From the IMG/VR virus record IMGVR_UViG_3300020036_009553, positions 32,001 through 96,000 of that record: a DNA stretch of 64,000 nucleotides, one strand, 5' to 3'. This document shows, piece by piece, positions 48,819-57,704 of the stretch. Origin of the DNA: a virus. Taxonomy: Duplodnaviria; Caudoviricetes. The notes beneath the pieces are model-generated. The model saw only the letters and a program-made list of their open reading frames with translations. It searched no databases and was not told the origin of the DNA. Within the stretch, counting starts at the first letter, position 1; each line of letters opens with the position of its first letter. The position numbers were made by a program, and so were the translations under genes.

Positions 48819-49665
48819 ATATTGGTCAAACAGCGATTTCGCTAAAAAAATAACAGACACATTTGGTGGGAAGCGCAAACCAACGGCAGCAACCATGAGC
48901 GAATGGGACAAATGGCATAAAGAAGCGCAACGGCAAGCACCCTTTGTGTATTGGTTCACAGAGAAATTTCTTGACCAGGTGCAGAGCTGGGTGTGTTATC
49001 CAACAGATAAGTTATCAGATTTCCGTTATTATTTGCGCAATCGGTTTGTTGACAAGACGCATTATTGTAAAACTGGTCTACCTCCGGGGAAATATAATGA
49101 CACAGGAACTCGCATATTTCATGGCATGTTTAATGAACTTGTAGATTTTGTTGAAATTGATAAAGCCCACCAACAGGAAATATGGGGGGGGGACACAGAC
49201 GAGTTCAACGCTCCAAAGCGTAAAGGGCTTTTTATGAAATGGTGGTTTCATTGGTCACGGTGGAGATGCCCAGCCGCTGGCATTGCGTATTTAACGTGGG
49301 AATCTACATTGGTGAGCGATTCCTCCATGGGTGCGTCAATCAGCAAGGTTGTCCTTGACCCATCGTCGCAAGACGTGCAGTCAATAGAGCCGTCAATTCA
49401 GGCGATAGAAGCTAGGGAAATTCTTGATCTGTACACCTGGTGGACACAAATCCGCCCATTACGAATTGATCCATATGATGCGTCTGGTTGGTCAGAGTTG
49501 TGTAAACAATATCCGAGCTTTGATTTTGATAATGAAACACCTGAAATACGTGACCAAAAAAGCACATCCATTGATGCCTTGCATAAATTGGAAAAACAAT
49601 ATGATGATGAGGACATTGAAATGATGATTAGGTTAGTAAAAATCCATCAGCGGCTCTGGGTATAA
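48805..49665 (+). CDS. Trp-rich hypothetical phage protein
   Basis: Long ORF; EI.DLY.WW, D.EM..RL.KI. Confidence 0.75.
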   Translation: MTRSRYWSNSDFAKKITDTFGGKRKPTAATMSEWDKWHKEAQRQAPFVYWFTEKFLDQVQSWVCYPTDKLSDFRYYLRNRFVDKTHYCKTGLPPGKYNDTGTRIFHGMFNELVDFVEIDKAHQQEIWGGDTDEFNAPKRKGLFMKWWFHWSRWRCPAAGIAYLTWESTLVSDSSMGASISKVVLDPSSQDVQSIEPSIQAIEAREILDLYTWWTQIRPLRIDPYDASGWSELCKQYPSFDFDNETPEIRDQKSTSIDALHKLEKQYDDEDIEMMIRLVKIHQRLWV

Positions 49666-49725
49666 TACTTGTTGTCTTTTACATAATCCCGTAGTATAAT
49701 AAACGCTTCAATAGGAGATTTTTTT

Positions 49726-50169
49726 ATGCGCGCTTATTTTTTTACTAATATGTATCTATCCTCAATTCAACAAGGAATTCAACCACTGCACTGCATTGTT
49801 GAAATGATGGCAACCGCTTGGCCTAATCATATACGAGATATTTTATACGATTGGGCTTTTAACCATAAGACTGTTATTTGTTTAAATGGTGGAGCTACAG
49901 GCAACGTATGTGAGATTTATGACCGCGTTAAACTTCTCGGCAAAAGACTAGACCTCCCGTTTGGATCCTTCAACGAGGATGAATACTCACTATCTGGCAT
50001 AAAAACAACTTGTGGAATTATAGTTCCAAGCGTCATTTACGAATTGGCACAAGACCTGCGGTCGAATAGGTGGTTAACTAAGGACGGAGACCGAAGTATA
50101 ATGGAGGCATATAGCTCCGATGAAATCGCATTAGCCAAACTTCTAAACGAATGTTCACTGGCACATTAA
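49726..50169 (+). CDS. Putative peptidyl-tRNA hydrolase 2-like protein
   Basis: NMYLSSIQQGIQ..H, W...HKTVICLNGG, F.ED...L....T..GIIVP pattern recalls the Pth2 fold. Confidence 0.5.
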   Translation: MRAYFFTNMYLSSIQQGIQPLHCIVEMMATAWPNHIRDILYDWAFNHKTVICLNGGATGNVCEIYDRVKLLGKRLDLPFGSFNEDEYSLSGIKTTCGIIVPSVIYELAQDLRSNRWLTKDGDRSIMEAYSSDEIALAKLLNECSLAH

Positions 50170-50185
50170 TTTTTAAGGAATATAA

Positions 50186-50566
50186 ATGATCACAAAATCA
50201 CCCCATGCTGGTACCATTTCACAACACGTATTTTGCACACTCCAAGTGGAAGGCATCCACCAGTGGAGTGAATGTCCTCTTGAAGAAGTGGAATACCTAC
50301 GCCACCCACATAGGCATCTTTTCCACGTAAAAGCGATTTTGGAGGTTACACATTCAAATCGAGATGTTGAGTTCATTGTGTTGAAGCATGATATTGGAGC
50401 ATATATTAATTTAAAATATTTTGATTCTGGATGGAATCTTTGTAATTTTGGAAATATGTCATGCGAAATGATTGCAAAAGATTTATTGATTCAATTTGAT
50501 TTAACCTCATGTGAGGTTAGCGAAGATGGTGAAAATGGCGCCATCGTATCGTACCGTCGGCTGTAA
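50186..50566 (+). CDS. QueD/PTPS-like T-fold protein
   Basis: H.W...HPHRH.FHV, RDVEF, SCEMIA, EVSED. Confidence 0.6.
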   Translation: MITKSPHAGTISQHVFCTLQVEGIHQWSECPLEEVEYLRHPHRHLFHVKAILEVTHSNRDVEFIVLKHDIGAYINLKYFDSGWNLCNFGNMSCEMIAKDLLIQFDLTSCEVSEDGENGAIVSYRRL

Positions 50567-51054
50567 TGATAACATATATCACCCAGGATGTTTGTGATGT
50601 CCGCGATGGAATTATTGTCCATGGGTGTAATTCACGCGGCGTAATGGGGGCAGGAATCGCTCGGGCTATCAAAGTAAAATGGCCAAAGGCGTTTGAATCT
50701 TACAAAAAGCATTTGCTTCATTGTTCCCAACATAGAATCCCTGCGTTAGGAACTTGGGCGTTGGTAAAGGTGGATGAAACGTTGTTGGGTGATGTGTATG
50801 TAGCAAATGTTATCTCTCAATTAAATTATGGTAGGCAGCCAGGGTATGCATATGCTAGTGTTACGGCAATTGAACAAGCCCTTGCGTCTCTTTTTCGGCA
50901 CATTAACCTAAATTTTTTTGGGGTTCCAATCTACATGTCAATGATTGGCTGTAATCTCGGGGGATTAGATTGGGACCATGATGTAAGACCTATAGTTGAA
51001 TCATTAGATTCTATATATTCATCATCACTAACAATATATGTGTGCTCATTATGA
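50566..51054 (+). CDS. Macrodomain (ADP-ribose processing) protein
   Basis: IVHGCNSRGVMGAGIA..IK.KWP, IGCNLGGLDW. Confidence 0.88.
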   Translation: MITYITQDVCDVRDGIIVHGCNSRGVMGAGIARAIKVKWPKAFESYKKHLLHCSQHRIPALGTWALVKVDETLLGDVYVANVISQLNYGRQPGYAYASVTAIEQALASLFRHINLNFFGVPIYMSMIGCNLGGLDWDHDVRPIVESLDSIYSSSLTIYVCSL

Positions 51055-51677
51055 AAAAATATACTGCTATTCAAGTTCGTACAGAACGCGATGAAATTTT
51101 GGCGCATTTGTTGAGGCTATCAAAAGCTGATCGTTATTTGCGGTTTTGTCACACCGCTAGTGACGAAGCGGTAATGAAGTATGTCGATAATATTGATTTG
51201 CGTTCTTCTACTGAGGCGGTATTTGCCGTGTTTGGGAATAATCAACGCATTGTAGCAATGTGTCATATTGCCCCTTGCACAGATATTCCCAATGCTGCTG
51301 AAATAGCACTAAGTGTGGATGAAAAATTCCGCCAACGTGGGGTGGGCCGTGTGGTATTTAAACGTGGAATGTTGTATTGTGAATCTTTGGGAATAAAGAA
51401 CATCCACATGAATTGCTTAGCGAGTAATTTACCGATTCAGCGATTGGTACGTGGGTTTGGAGTAAGAATTGTAACTGAATATGGTGAATCAGAAGCTAAT
51501 ATGAAACTAAAAGACAAAAATGCAATAGTGGCATTTTTGGAAGGTGTTCAAAACGACACAATTGGTCAAATAGATTTGACGTTACGGCATGCTACACATC
51601 AATGGGTAGAACATATTAATAAAATTACGTCTATAATTACACGCCACGCACCTAAAGAACAAAAGAAAGGAAAATAA
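51051..51677 (+). CDS. GNAT acetyltransferase
   Basis: DRYLRF, AEIALSVD..FRQRGVG, CLASN. Confidence 0.8.
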   Translation: MKKYTAIQVRTERDEILAHLLRLSKADRYLRFCHTASDEAVMKYVDNIDLRSSTEAVFAVFGNNQRIVAMCHIAPCTDIPNAAEIALSVDEKFRQRGVGRVVFKRGMLYCESLGIKNIHMNCLASNLPIQRLVRGFGVRIVTEYGESEANMKLKDKNAIVAFLEGVQNDTIGQIDLTLRHATHQWVEHINKITSIITRHAPKEQKKGK

Positions 51678-52309
51678 TGTTAATCGCTATTAGCGGATCC
51701 CAAGGATCAGGCAAATCAACAATTATTGAAACCCTAATTAAAAATAATCCTACTTATCATTGTGTTGATAGGAAAACATCGCGTTCAATATTGTCTGATT
51801 GGGGAGTGTCTTTAGCAGAAGTCAATGCTGACCCAGCCCTGACTTTGAGGTTTCAGGAAGAGATTTTGGAGCGCAAAGTGGCAGATGATCGTAATGCGGT
51901 ATTATCAAATGGAATTTGGTTTACTGAAAGAACTCCAATTGATTTGTTGGGGTACGCAACTGTTCAGCTCGGTGCCGATAATCAATATTCTACTTGGTTG
52001 GATGATTACGCCACTCGGTGTTTATCTGTTGTAAATAACTTATCCCTTTATGATCATATCTTTTTCCTGACGGCAGGACATTTCTCGGTATCATCAGATG
52101 GGGTACGAGGACACAATCAATATTACAGTACATTGGTGGATGCTGCCATGGCAAAATTTCATACCAAATATGTGCAATCACACTTGATTACTGTGATTGA
52201 TAGTCCTGATATGGACGAACGACTCAATCAAATCAATAATAAAATACTAAAACTCACCACGCGTCAATTTCATAAGAATGACTGGAACATTGACGGTAAA
52301 ACAACATAG
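51677..52309 (+). CDS. P-loop nucleotide kinase-like (AAA_28-type) protein
   Basis: IAISGSQGSGKST, ERTPID, DGVR. Confidence 0.8.
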   Translation: MLIAISGSQGSGKSTIIETLIKNNPTYHCVDRKTSRSILSDWGVSLAEVNADPALTLRFQEEILERKVADDRNAVLSNGIWFTERTPIDLLGYATVQLGADNQYSTWLDDYATRCLSVVNNLSLYDHIFFLTAGHFSVSSDGVRGHNQYYSTLVDAAMAKFHTKYVQSHLITVIDSPDMDERLNQINNKILKLTTRQFHKNDWNIDGKTT

Positions 52310-52317
52310 GAAAAATA

Positions 52318-53247
52318 ATGACAGATACTACAGCACAAAAAACAGAAACAAAACCATTTGATTGGGAGTTAGCAATCACAAAAGATGATATTCCTGATCC
52401 ACAGAATTATCATTTGAATACCCATGCAAAAATCACAATTCCAAAAGTAGGGATTACCAAACTCCATCTTCCTATAAATGTTGCTAGACGTGATGGTGAA
52501 ACGATCACCGTCAAAGGTACTGCGAGTGCATACGTGTCGTTGGATAGTGTAGAATCTCGTGGTATTAACATGTCAAGATTGGCTAAGGGATTCTACGAGC
52601 ACGTAGATGGTGCGGGCCGAACGGTGTTGCTTGATTTTATTAAAGTCGTTCAAGGGTACAAGGAGAGTCTTCCAGCCAAAGATGGATATTTGAAAGTTCG
52701 TTTTGATTATCCATATCAACAAAAACATTGGAGAGAAGATCATTTTGGTTGGTTGTATTATCCAACAACATTTGAAGTTTGTGATGTTGGTGGCTTACTC
52801 AAAACATATTTGACTGTTGTGTATACTTACAATAGTGCCTGTCCGTGTTCTTATGAACTTGCGAGATATTCAAGAGAGCAACTCAATACTCCAGCAATTT
52901 CACATTCTCAACGAAGTGAAGCAACCGTTCGTATCGAATTTGACCCCCACGCAAAAGACCTTCTTTGGATTGAAGACGTGATTGATATTTGTCGTAAAGT
53001 TCAACCAGCAGAAGTGCTGTCTGGAATTGTTACACGTGTTGGTGAATTTAGTATGGCGCAACAAGTGGCGAGTGAGGAAAATATTGGGTTTGTTGAGGAT
53101 GTTCTTCGAAAGTTCTGGATGTCATTGAACAATGAACCACGTATCTTAGACTTCTCTGTTGGGGTATGTCATTATGAGTCACTAAACGATAATTATGCTG
53201 CTGGGTTCATCAATAAGTCGTTAATGTCCAATACCGGGCTGAGTTAA
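52318..53247 (+). CDS. folE2: GTP cyclohydrolase IB
   Basis: VGI, RGINMSRL, SACPCS, HSQRS, FVED..R, H.ESL. Confidence 0.88.
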   Translation: MTDTTAQKTETKPFDWELAITKDDIPDPQNYHLNTHAKITIPKVGITKLHLPINVARRDGETITVKGTASAYVSLDSVESRGINMSRLAKGFYEHVDGAGRTVLLDFIKVVQGYKESLPAKDGYLKVRFDYPYQQKHWREDHFGWLYYPTTFEVCDVGGLLKTYLTVVYTYNSACPCSYELARYSREQLNTPAISHSQRSEATVRIEFDPHAKDLLWIEDVIDICRKVQPAEVLSGIVTRVGEFSMAQQVASEENIGFVEDVLRKFWMSLNNEPRILDFSVGVCHYESLNDNYAAGFINKSLMSNTGLS

Positions 53248-53394
53248 TAGTCGGTAGTTTTTCAATTTTGAACTTATTAAAAACCGTCTTTTTATGACGG
53301 TTTTTAATTTGGGTACAAAGTTTTATGTTGAGAATTTTTACATGTGTAAAGAAATTGCTGGCATAAATATAGATTATTACTAAGGAACACAGGT

Positions 53395-53961
53395 ATGAAA
53401 CTCTTACAAGAAGCACTTCGGGACGTTAAACGGTTGGATGATGAAGATATTGATTTGCCAAATGATAAGTCGGGTGATGAAGATTCGAACGATATGGACA
53501 TTGATCTCGACGCCGAAATAAACGATTCCGACGGGGGAAATCTGGATTTAGAAGATGATTTTGATATGAGTGAATTAGAAGATGATCCACAAGATGGTGA
53601 ACCAGATTTTGATGATCAATTAGATAATCCTGATGAAGAATCGGACGAAGACCCAGAAGATGCAAAAGAACTAGATGATGTTGCTGATGAAGCAACGCAA
53701 GACCCCAATAAAGCAGGAGTAATTCGTACTGTACCAAATGCCCATCTGGTATATAAGCGCGAAAGTGAAGAGGGTGGATACGAAGAACTGTGGGTGTACA
53801 ATGTAGGAGATTATAAATCCAATTTAGATACTAAAAAAGAAATATTGTCCGGCACTGATATCCCCGTCAACAAGACCTCATCAGATGATGGGAAGCAAAC
53901 ATACACAATGTGGTCAGCAGGGAATGCTGAAATGATACACATTAAAGGATTAGTAAATTAG
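53395..53961 (+). CDS. Asp-rich late protein
   Basis: Late promoter CATAAATA 53362; acidic N-terminal half. Confidence 0.8.
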   Translation: MKLLQEALRDVKRLDDEDIDLPNDKSGDEDSNDMDIDLDAEINDSDGGNLDLEDDFDMSELEDDPQDGEPDFDDQLDNPDEESDEDPEDAKELDDVADEATQDPNKAGVIRTVPNAHLVYKRESEEGGYEELWVYNVGDYKSNLDTKKEILSGTDIPVNKTSSDDGKQTYTMWSAGNAEMIHIKGLVN

Positions 53962-53984
53962 TCGTACATATAAACATAATAAAA

Positions 53985-54335
53985 ATGGAGAATTTCATGG
54001 TAGAAGAAATAGTATTAGAATCCCCCAATGATATTTCGCAGCAACTGGAAACTCGTGTTGAATGGTTAACAAAATATGTAAACTCTATAACCACACTTCT
54101 CAATGAAATGATCGTTGATGCAACAAAATTGTTCGATAAAATATCGACAGCCAAAACATCCACAAAACGAAAGTATTACCAAAATAAGTTTAATGTGAAA
54201 AAACAAGCTATAGTGGATGGAACAATAGGGTTGCAACAAGCCTCTACCACGTTACAGAAAGCCCGCGCAGCACTAGAGCAAATTCTAAAAGAAGAGAGTA
54301 CGGGCGATGCAGCCATTCCTTCAATCGAGTCGTAA
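53985..54335 (+). CDS. Hypothetical coiled-coil protein
   Basis: Operonic ORF. Confidence 0.65.
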   Translation: MENFMVEEIVLESPNDISQQLETRVEWLTKYVNSITTLLNEMIVDATKLFDKISTAKTSTKRKYYQNKFNVKKQAIVDGTIGLQQASTTLQKARAALEQILKEESTGDAAIPSIES

Positions 54336-54660
54336 TCTTCCTAAGTGTGCTACTCCACTACTTTTTCCTGCGGAAGAATTGGTCGTTCAAGTAGTAACAG
54401 CAAAAAGTGAATATGAATTGCAGTGCGCGGATAGGTTGAGAGGGAATACTTCTCCATTACCTTGTATTCGCGAGAGTGTAACGATATCAGCTGATGGACA
54501 CATTACCGTGATCATTGATACAAATAAAATTGATGATAGTAGCACGGGTCAAGTAATTTCAATGGTATCTAAAGCTGTTGATGAACTAGATGGAGATATT
54601 GGTACAGTATATTTTGGGGAATCGTTGTTTGCAACTACTCCATGGATTACGTATCATTAA
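54307..54660 (+). CDS. Hypothetical protein
   Basis: Operonic ORF. Confidence 0.6.
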   Translation: MQPFLQSSRNLPKCATPLLFPAEELVVQVVTAKSEYELQCADRLRGNTSPLPCIRESVTISADGHITVIIDTNKIDDSSTGQVISMVSKAVDELDGDIGTVYFGESLFATTPWITYH

Positions 54661-55484
54661 TTGACATCTTTAGGCGTTATCTGCTGTAATTGTTGTTGGA
54701 GTCGAGTAACAATTTCATACACATTTGGGGTAATTCGTTGGTTGGTCTGCCCCAAGTATGGTGATGAAAAGGCTTCTACTATTTGTTTAATTACGGGGGA
54801 ACGAAGGCTATCATTCCAAAACATTGCAATAATATCAAACTTATCTTTCAGCCATCTTTCCTTGAATGATGATATTCCATTTGGATCCACACCATAAGTT
54901 ATTACATTTTGAGGAACATCTTGAGATCGAATGATAAAATATACTTGGCTGTTTTGTATTGCTTCCCGCTGAGCTTCCAACGCAGGAACTGGTTTACTTC
55001 CTAACCAATGATTCCAACTTCTCCAATTATCATAAACTAAATCAGGCCGTGCTGGGATATCATCGGGCTTATCCCCTGATGGGCTTTTGCAAAACTCCAT
55101 CCACTCACGGTATGATCTTAGTTTTAATTTATGTACCCATAGAATTGAATCATTCAAAGAACGATATTTGACATTTTTCCTTGTGTTAAATTCATTGCTG
55201 GTACCAAGAAAATCGTTCCATGATTGCCATTCTTTGTATACACGATAAGGAAATCGTGGAATTGCCTTGGGTTTATTTCTATCCCACCATTCCTCAAACT
55301 TGCTACGAGATGGGATCATCTCCTCCCGTATAAAATCTCTTGCATCATTAAACGATAAGAAATTTTCGTTTTTTGGACGGCCTTTTTTCTTTATTTCTGG
55401 CTCTGCTTCAACTTCGTCCCCCCGGGCTTTCCCAACGGGTTCATATGAATCGTCAATATCAGACAATCGTGGCAAATCGGTCAT
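54657..55484 (-). CDS. Protein with two internal IP..P..VY..W.SWN..LG repeats (possible endonuclease/DNA-binding protein)
   Basis: IPRFPYRVYKEWQSWNDFLG and IPARPDLVYDNWRSWNHWLG. Confidence 0.7.
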   Translation of the reverse strand: MTDLPRLSDIDDSYEPVGKARGDEVEAEPEIKKKGRPKNENFLSFNDARDFIREEMIPSRSKFEEWWDRNKPKAIPRFPYRVYKEWQSWNDFLGTSNEFNTRKNVKYRSLNDSILWVHKLKLRSYREWMEFCKSPSGDKPDDIPARPDLVYDNWRSWNHWLGSKPVPALEAQREAIQNSQVYFIIRSQDVPQNVITYGVDPNGISSFKERWLKDKFDIIAMFWNDSLRSPVIKQIVEAFSSPYLGQTNQRITPNVYEIVTRLQQQLQQITPKDVN

Positions 55485-56064
55485 TTACACAATTCCAATC
55501 TATTAAGTTCCATACTGCTTCAAGATAAGCTCTTTTTTCAGCAGGATATTGTAAGTAATAAGCATGTTCCCATCCATCAATAACTATAAGTGGCGTAAAC
55601 CCAGCATTAGACAGGTGAGACCCAGCATTTGGGATATTTTTTAGGCGTAGTTGATTCCCACGTATCAATAACTGTGACCAATGTGATCCAACAGCTTTCA
55701 TGGCATTATCAATAAACGATTGACGTAGCCCTGCAATTGAGTCAAACTCAATTGTAATTAATTTTTGTAGTGCACGACACGGTTCTCCACAATTATCAGG
55801 TGGGCATAGCCCTCCCCAATACAGTTGGTGATTTCCCGCTTGGTTTAGATTATCCAAAAGAGTCATACTCGGAGCAAAGGTGGTGTTATTAATAGCTGTT
55901 AGGGGGTCTGCACCAACGGTTATTCCGAATTTATCTAATTCTTCGTTAGCTAAATCAAAATATCGAACCGTATGTTTATAATAATGGATGTCTACTACTT
56001 GGCGTGACAGGTAGGGCTCGAGAGCAGATACATCATATTTTAGTGGGGGTAATACAAGTGCCAT
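55459..56064 (-). CDS. sod: Fe/Mn superoxide dismutase-like protein
   Basis: LPPL.Y...ALEP, H..KH, NH.LYW, DGWEHAYYLQY. Confidence 0.88.
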   Translation of the reverse strand: MALVLPPLKYDVSALEPYLSRQVVDIHYYKHTVRYFDLANEELDKFGITVGADPLTAINNTTFAPSMTLLDNLNQAGNHQLYWGGLCPPDNCGEPCRALQKLITIEFDSIAGLRQSFIDNAMKAVGSHWSQLLIRGNQLRLKNIPNAGSHLSNAGFTPLIVIDGWEHAYYLQYPAEKRAYLEAVWNLIDWNCVNDRFATIV

Positions 56065-56156
56065 GATTAAATATTCCTTTTTCAATATTTACAGAGGTTT
56101 AAAGATTGGAGACCAATATGTTGTATAAATAATAGTGCGCATTTTGGAGCAAGCAA

Positions 56157-56624
56157 ATGACAACAGAGAAACAATTGAAACCCGCAAAGAATCAACAAGA
56201 TAAAAAACAAAGTGAAGTAATAATTGAACCTCATCCAGTTGGATATGATGGGTTTCCGTTTATCACATTAGTGCAATACCGTAAATCTCCAATGTTGGTT
56301 ATTGTTGATAATATTGATGATTCTATAATGAGAACCTTTTTATTAGATTTGTGTGGTCCAGAAGGTGTTGATGAAGAAATGATAATATCAGTAGCGGAGC
56401 AGTGGTATAATGTAAATCGGTCATTATTTCCAATATCAGTAGAATTTTCAAAACGTGGACTAACACATATAACATCAAAGATTTATAAGGCACTCAATGT
56501 TGAGTTTATCTCGAGAATTATTGGACCAGCTCCAAAATACCCCATGGTTAATGTTAAAAGTGTTAAGCGTCGTAGGAGAAAGGTCATATCTCCTAACATG
56601 GAACAACGGATATTACATACGTAA
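56157..56624 (+). CDS. Hypothetical late protein
   Basis: Late promoter TATAAATA 56124-56131. Confidence 0.75.
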   Translation: MTTEKQLKPAKNQQDKKQSEVIIEPHPVGYDGFPFITLVQYRKSPMLVIVDNIDDSIMRTFLLDLCGPEGVDEEMIISVAEQWYNVNRSLFPISVEFSKRGLTHITSKIYKALNVEFISRIIGPAPKYPMVNVKSVKRRRRKVISPNMEQRILHT

Positions 56625-57053
56625 TACTTGCTGTAACAGAGTTAAACTCTCGTTTCTTGCCCCACCCGTCGCGGTAGGTGGAGGTGGCGGAACATCCAAA
56701 GCGTCATCTTCTGGATTTTCAAGACTCATATCATCCATTCCCATTGATGGATCTGTCGGTTGGGAGATTGGAGCAGCAGCCCCTCCAACCAAGGCTTGTC
56801 CTGCATCAGTTAATTGACCAGATTCATCAGCAATATCTTCTTCAACCGCCAAGTTTGTTCCAAGTTCTGTCAGATGTGCCTCATTTTCAGTAAATGTAAT
56901 AATTCCAAGGTTAGCCAATAAGTTACGGGCTGTTTGTAGATTATGATTAGCTGCAATATCAGTTGCGGCCTTTTTAGGAGTAGGAGCAGCCACAATCTTT
57001 GCAATGACTTGTTTTTGAAAAGCTGATAGCGTGAGAGTTTGGAGTAATTTCAT
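56613..57053 (-). CDS. Hypothetical late protein
   Basis: Minus-strand TATAAATA 57083-57090. Confidence 0.75.
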   Translation of the reverse strand: MKLLQTLTLSAFQKQVIAKIVAAPTPKKAATDIAANHNLQTARNLLANLGIITFTENEAHLTELGTNLAVEEDIADESGQLTDAGQALVGGAAAPISQPTDPSMGMDDMSLENPEDDALDVPPPPPTATGGARNESLTLLQQVLRM

Positions 57054-57085
57054 TATGGTATCCTTGGTGGTATCATTCGTATTAT

Positions 57086-57658
57086 TTATAGCTGGCCCAT
57101 CTCTATTAGATGAAGTTGTAAAACGATTGTTAACGCATAACTAATTGCGTGACTTCGTTTGAAATAATAATTAGTTGATTTGGTGTATAATTCTTGCTGC
57201 CTAATTTTCATTTTATCTGCTTCGTATGCATCGACTAAATGTTTTTTTGCTGGTCTCAATAAGGCTATAACGTCAGCTAGATCCTGTACAGACCTTGGTC
57301 GCAACCTTGCAAGTAGTGCCGAGTGTTTGCTTATTTGAAATAATTTTTTAACTACATTGTCATCTAATAACAAATCCCAATTTGGATTTTTGGCTATTAG
57401 ATTTCGCATCTGTTGTTTGCTTGTGAATTTTTCTAAAAGTGTTAAATGGAGAAAATCAAATTTAAAATACCCTAATATTTCTGCTTCTTCATATGGGATA
57501 GCTGCTAAATTAGTTATTTGATCAATGGGGATTTGTTGAAAGTATACTCCACAAGGATGTTTTTTGAGGGTATCATCTTGTATCATTGATGCCAAAACAG
57601 ATTGAGGAAAAATCTGTTTTGGCTCAAATGAAGAAGTAACATCAATATCAATATCCAC
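57086..57658 (-). CDS. Short DNA polymerase III alpha (DnaE)-like protein
   Basis: DIDID, KHPCGVY, KFDFL.L, LFQI, ALLRP, F.RSHA.SYA. Confidence 0.8.
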   Translation of the reverse strand: MDIDIDVTSSFEPKQIFPQSVLASMIQDDTLKKHPCGVYFQQIPIDQITNLAAIPYEEAEILGYFKFDFLHLTLLEKFTSKQQMRNLIAKNPNWDLLLDDNVVKKLFQISKHSALLARLRPRSVQDLADVIALLRPAKKHLVDAYEADKMKIRQQELYTKSTNYYFKRSHAISYALTIVLQLHLIEMGQL

Positions 57659-57704
57659 AATAAACCTTTAATAAGGGAATATTGATATTATATACTATTT
57701 TATG

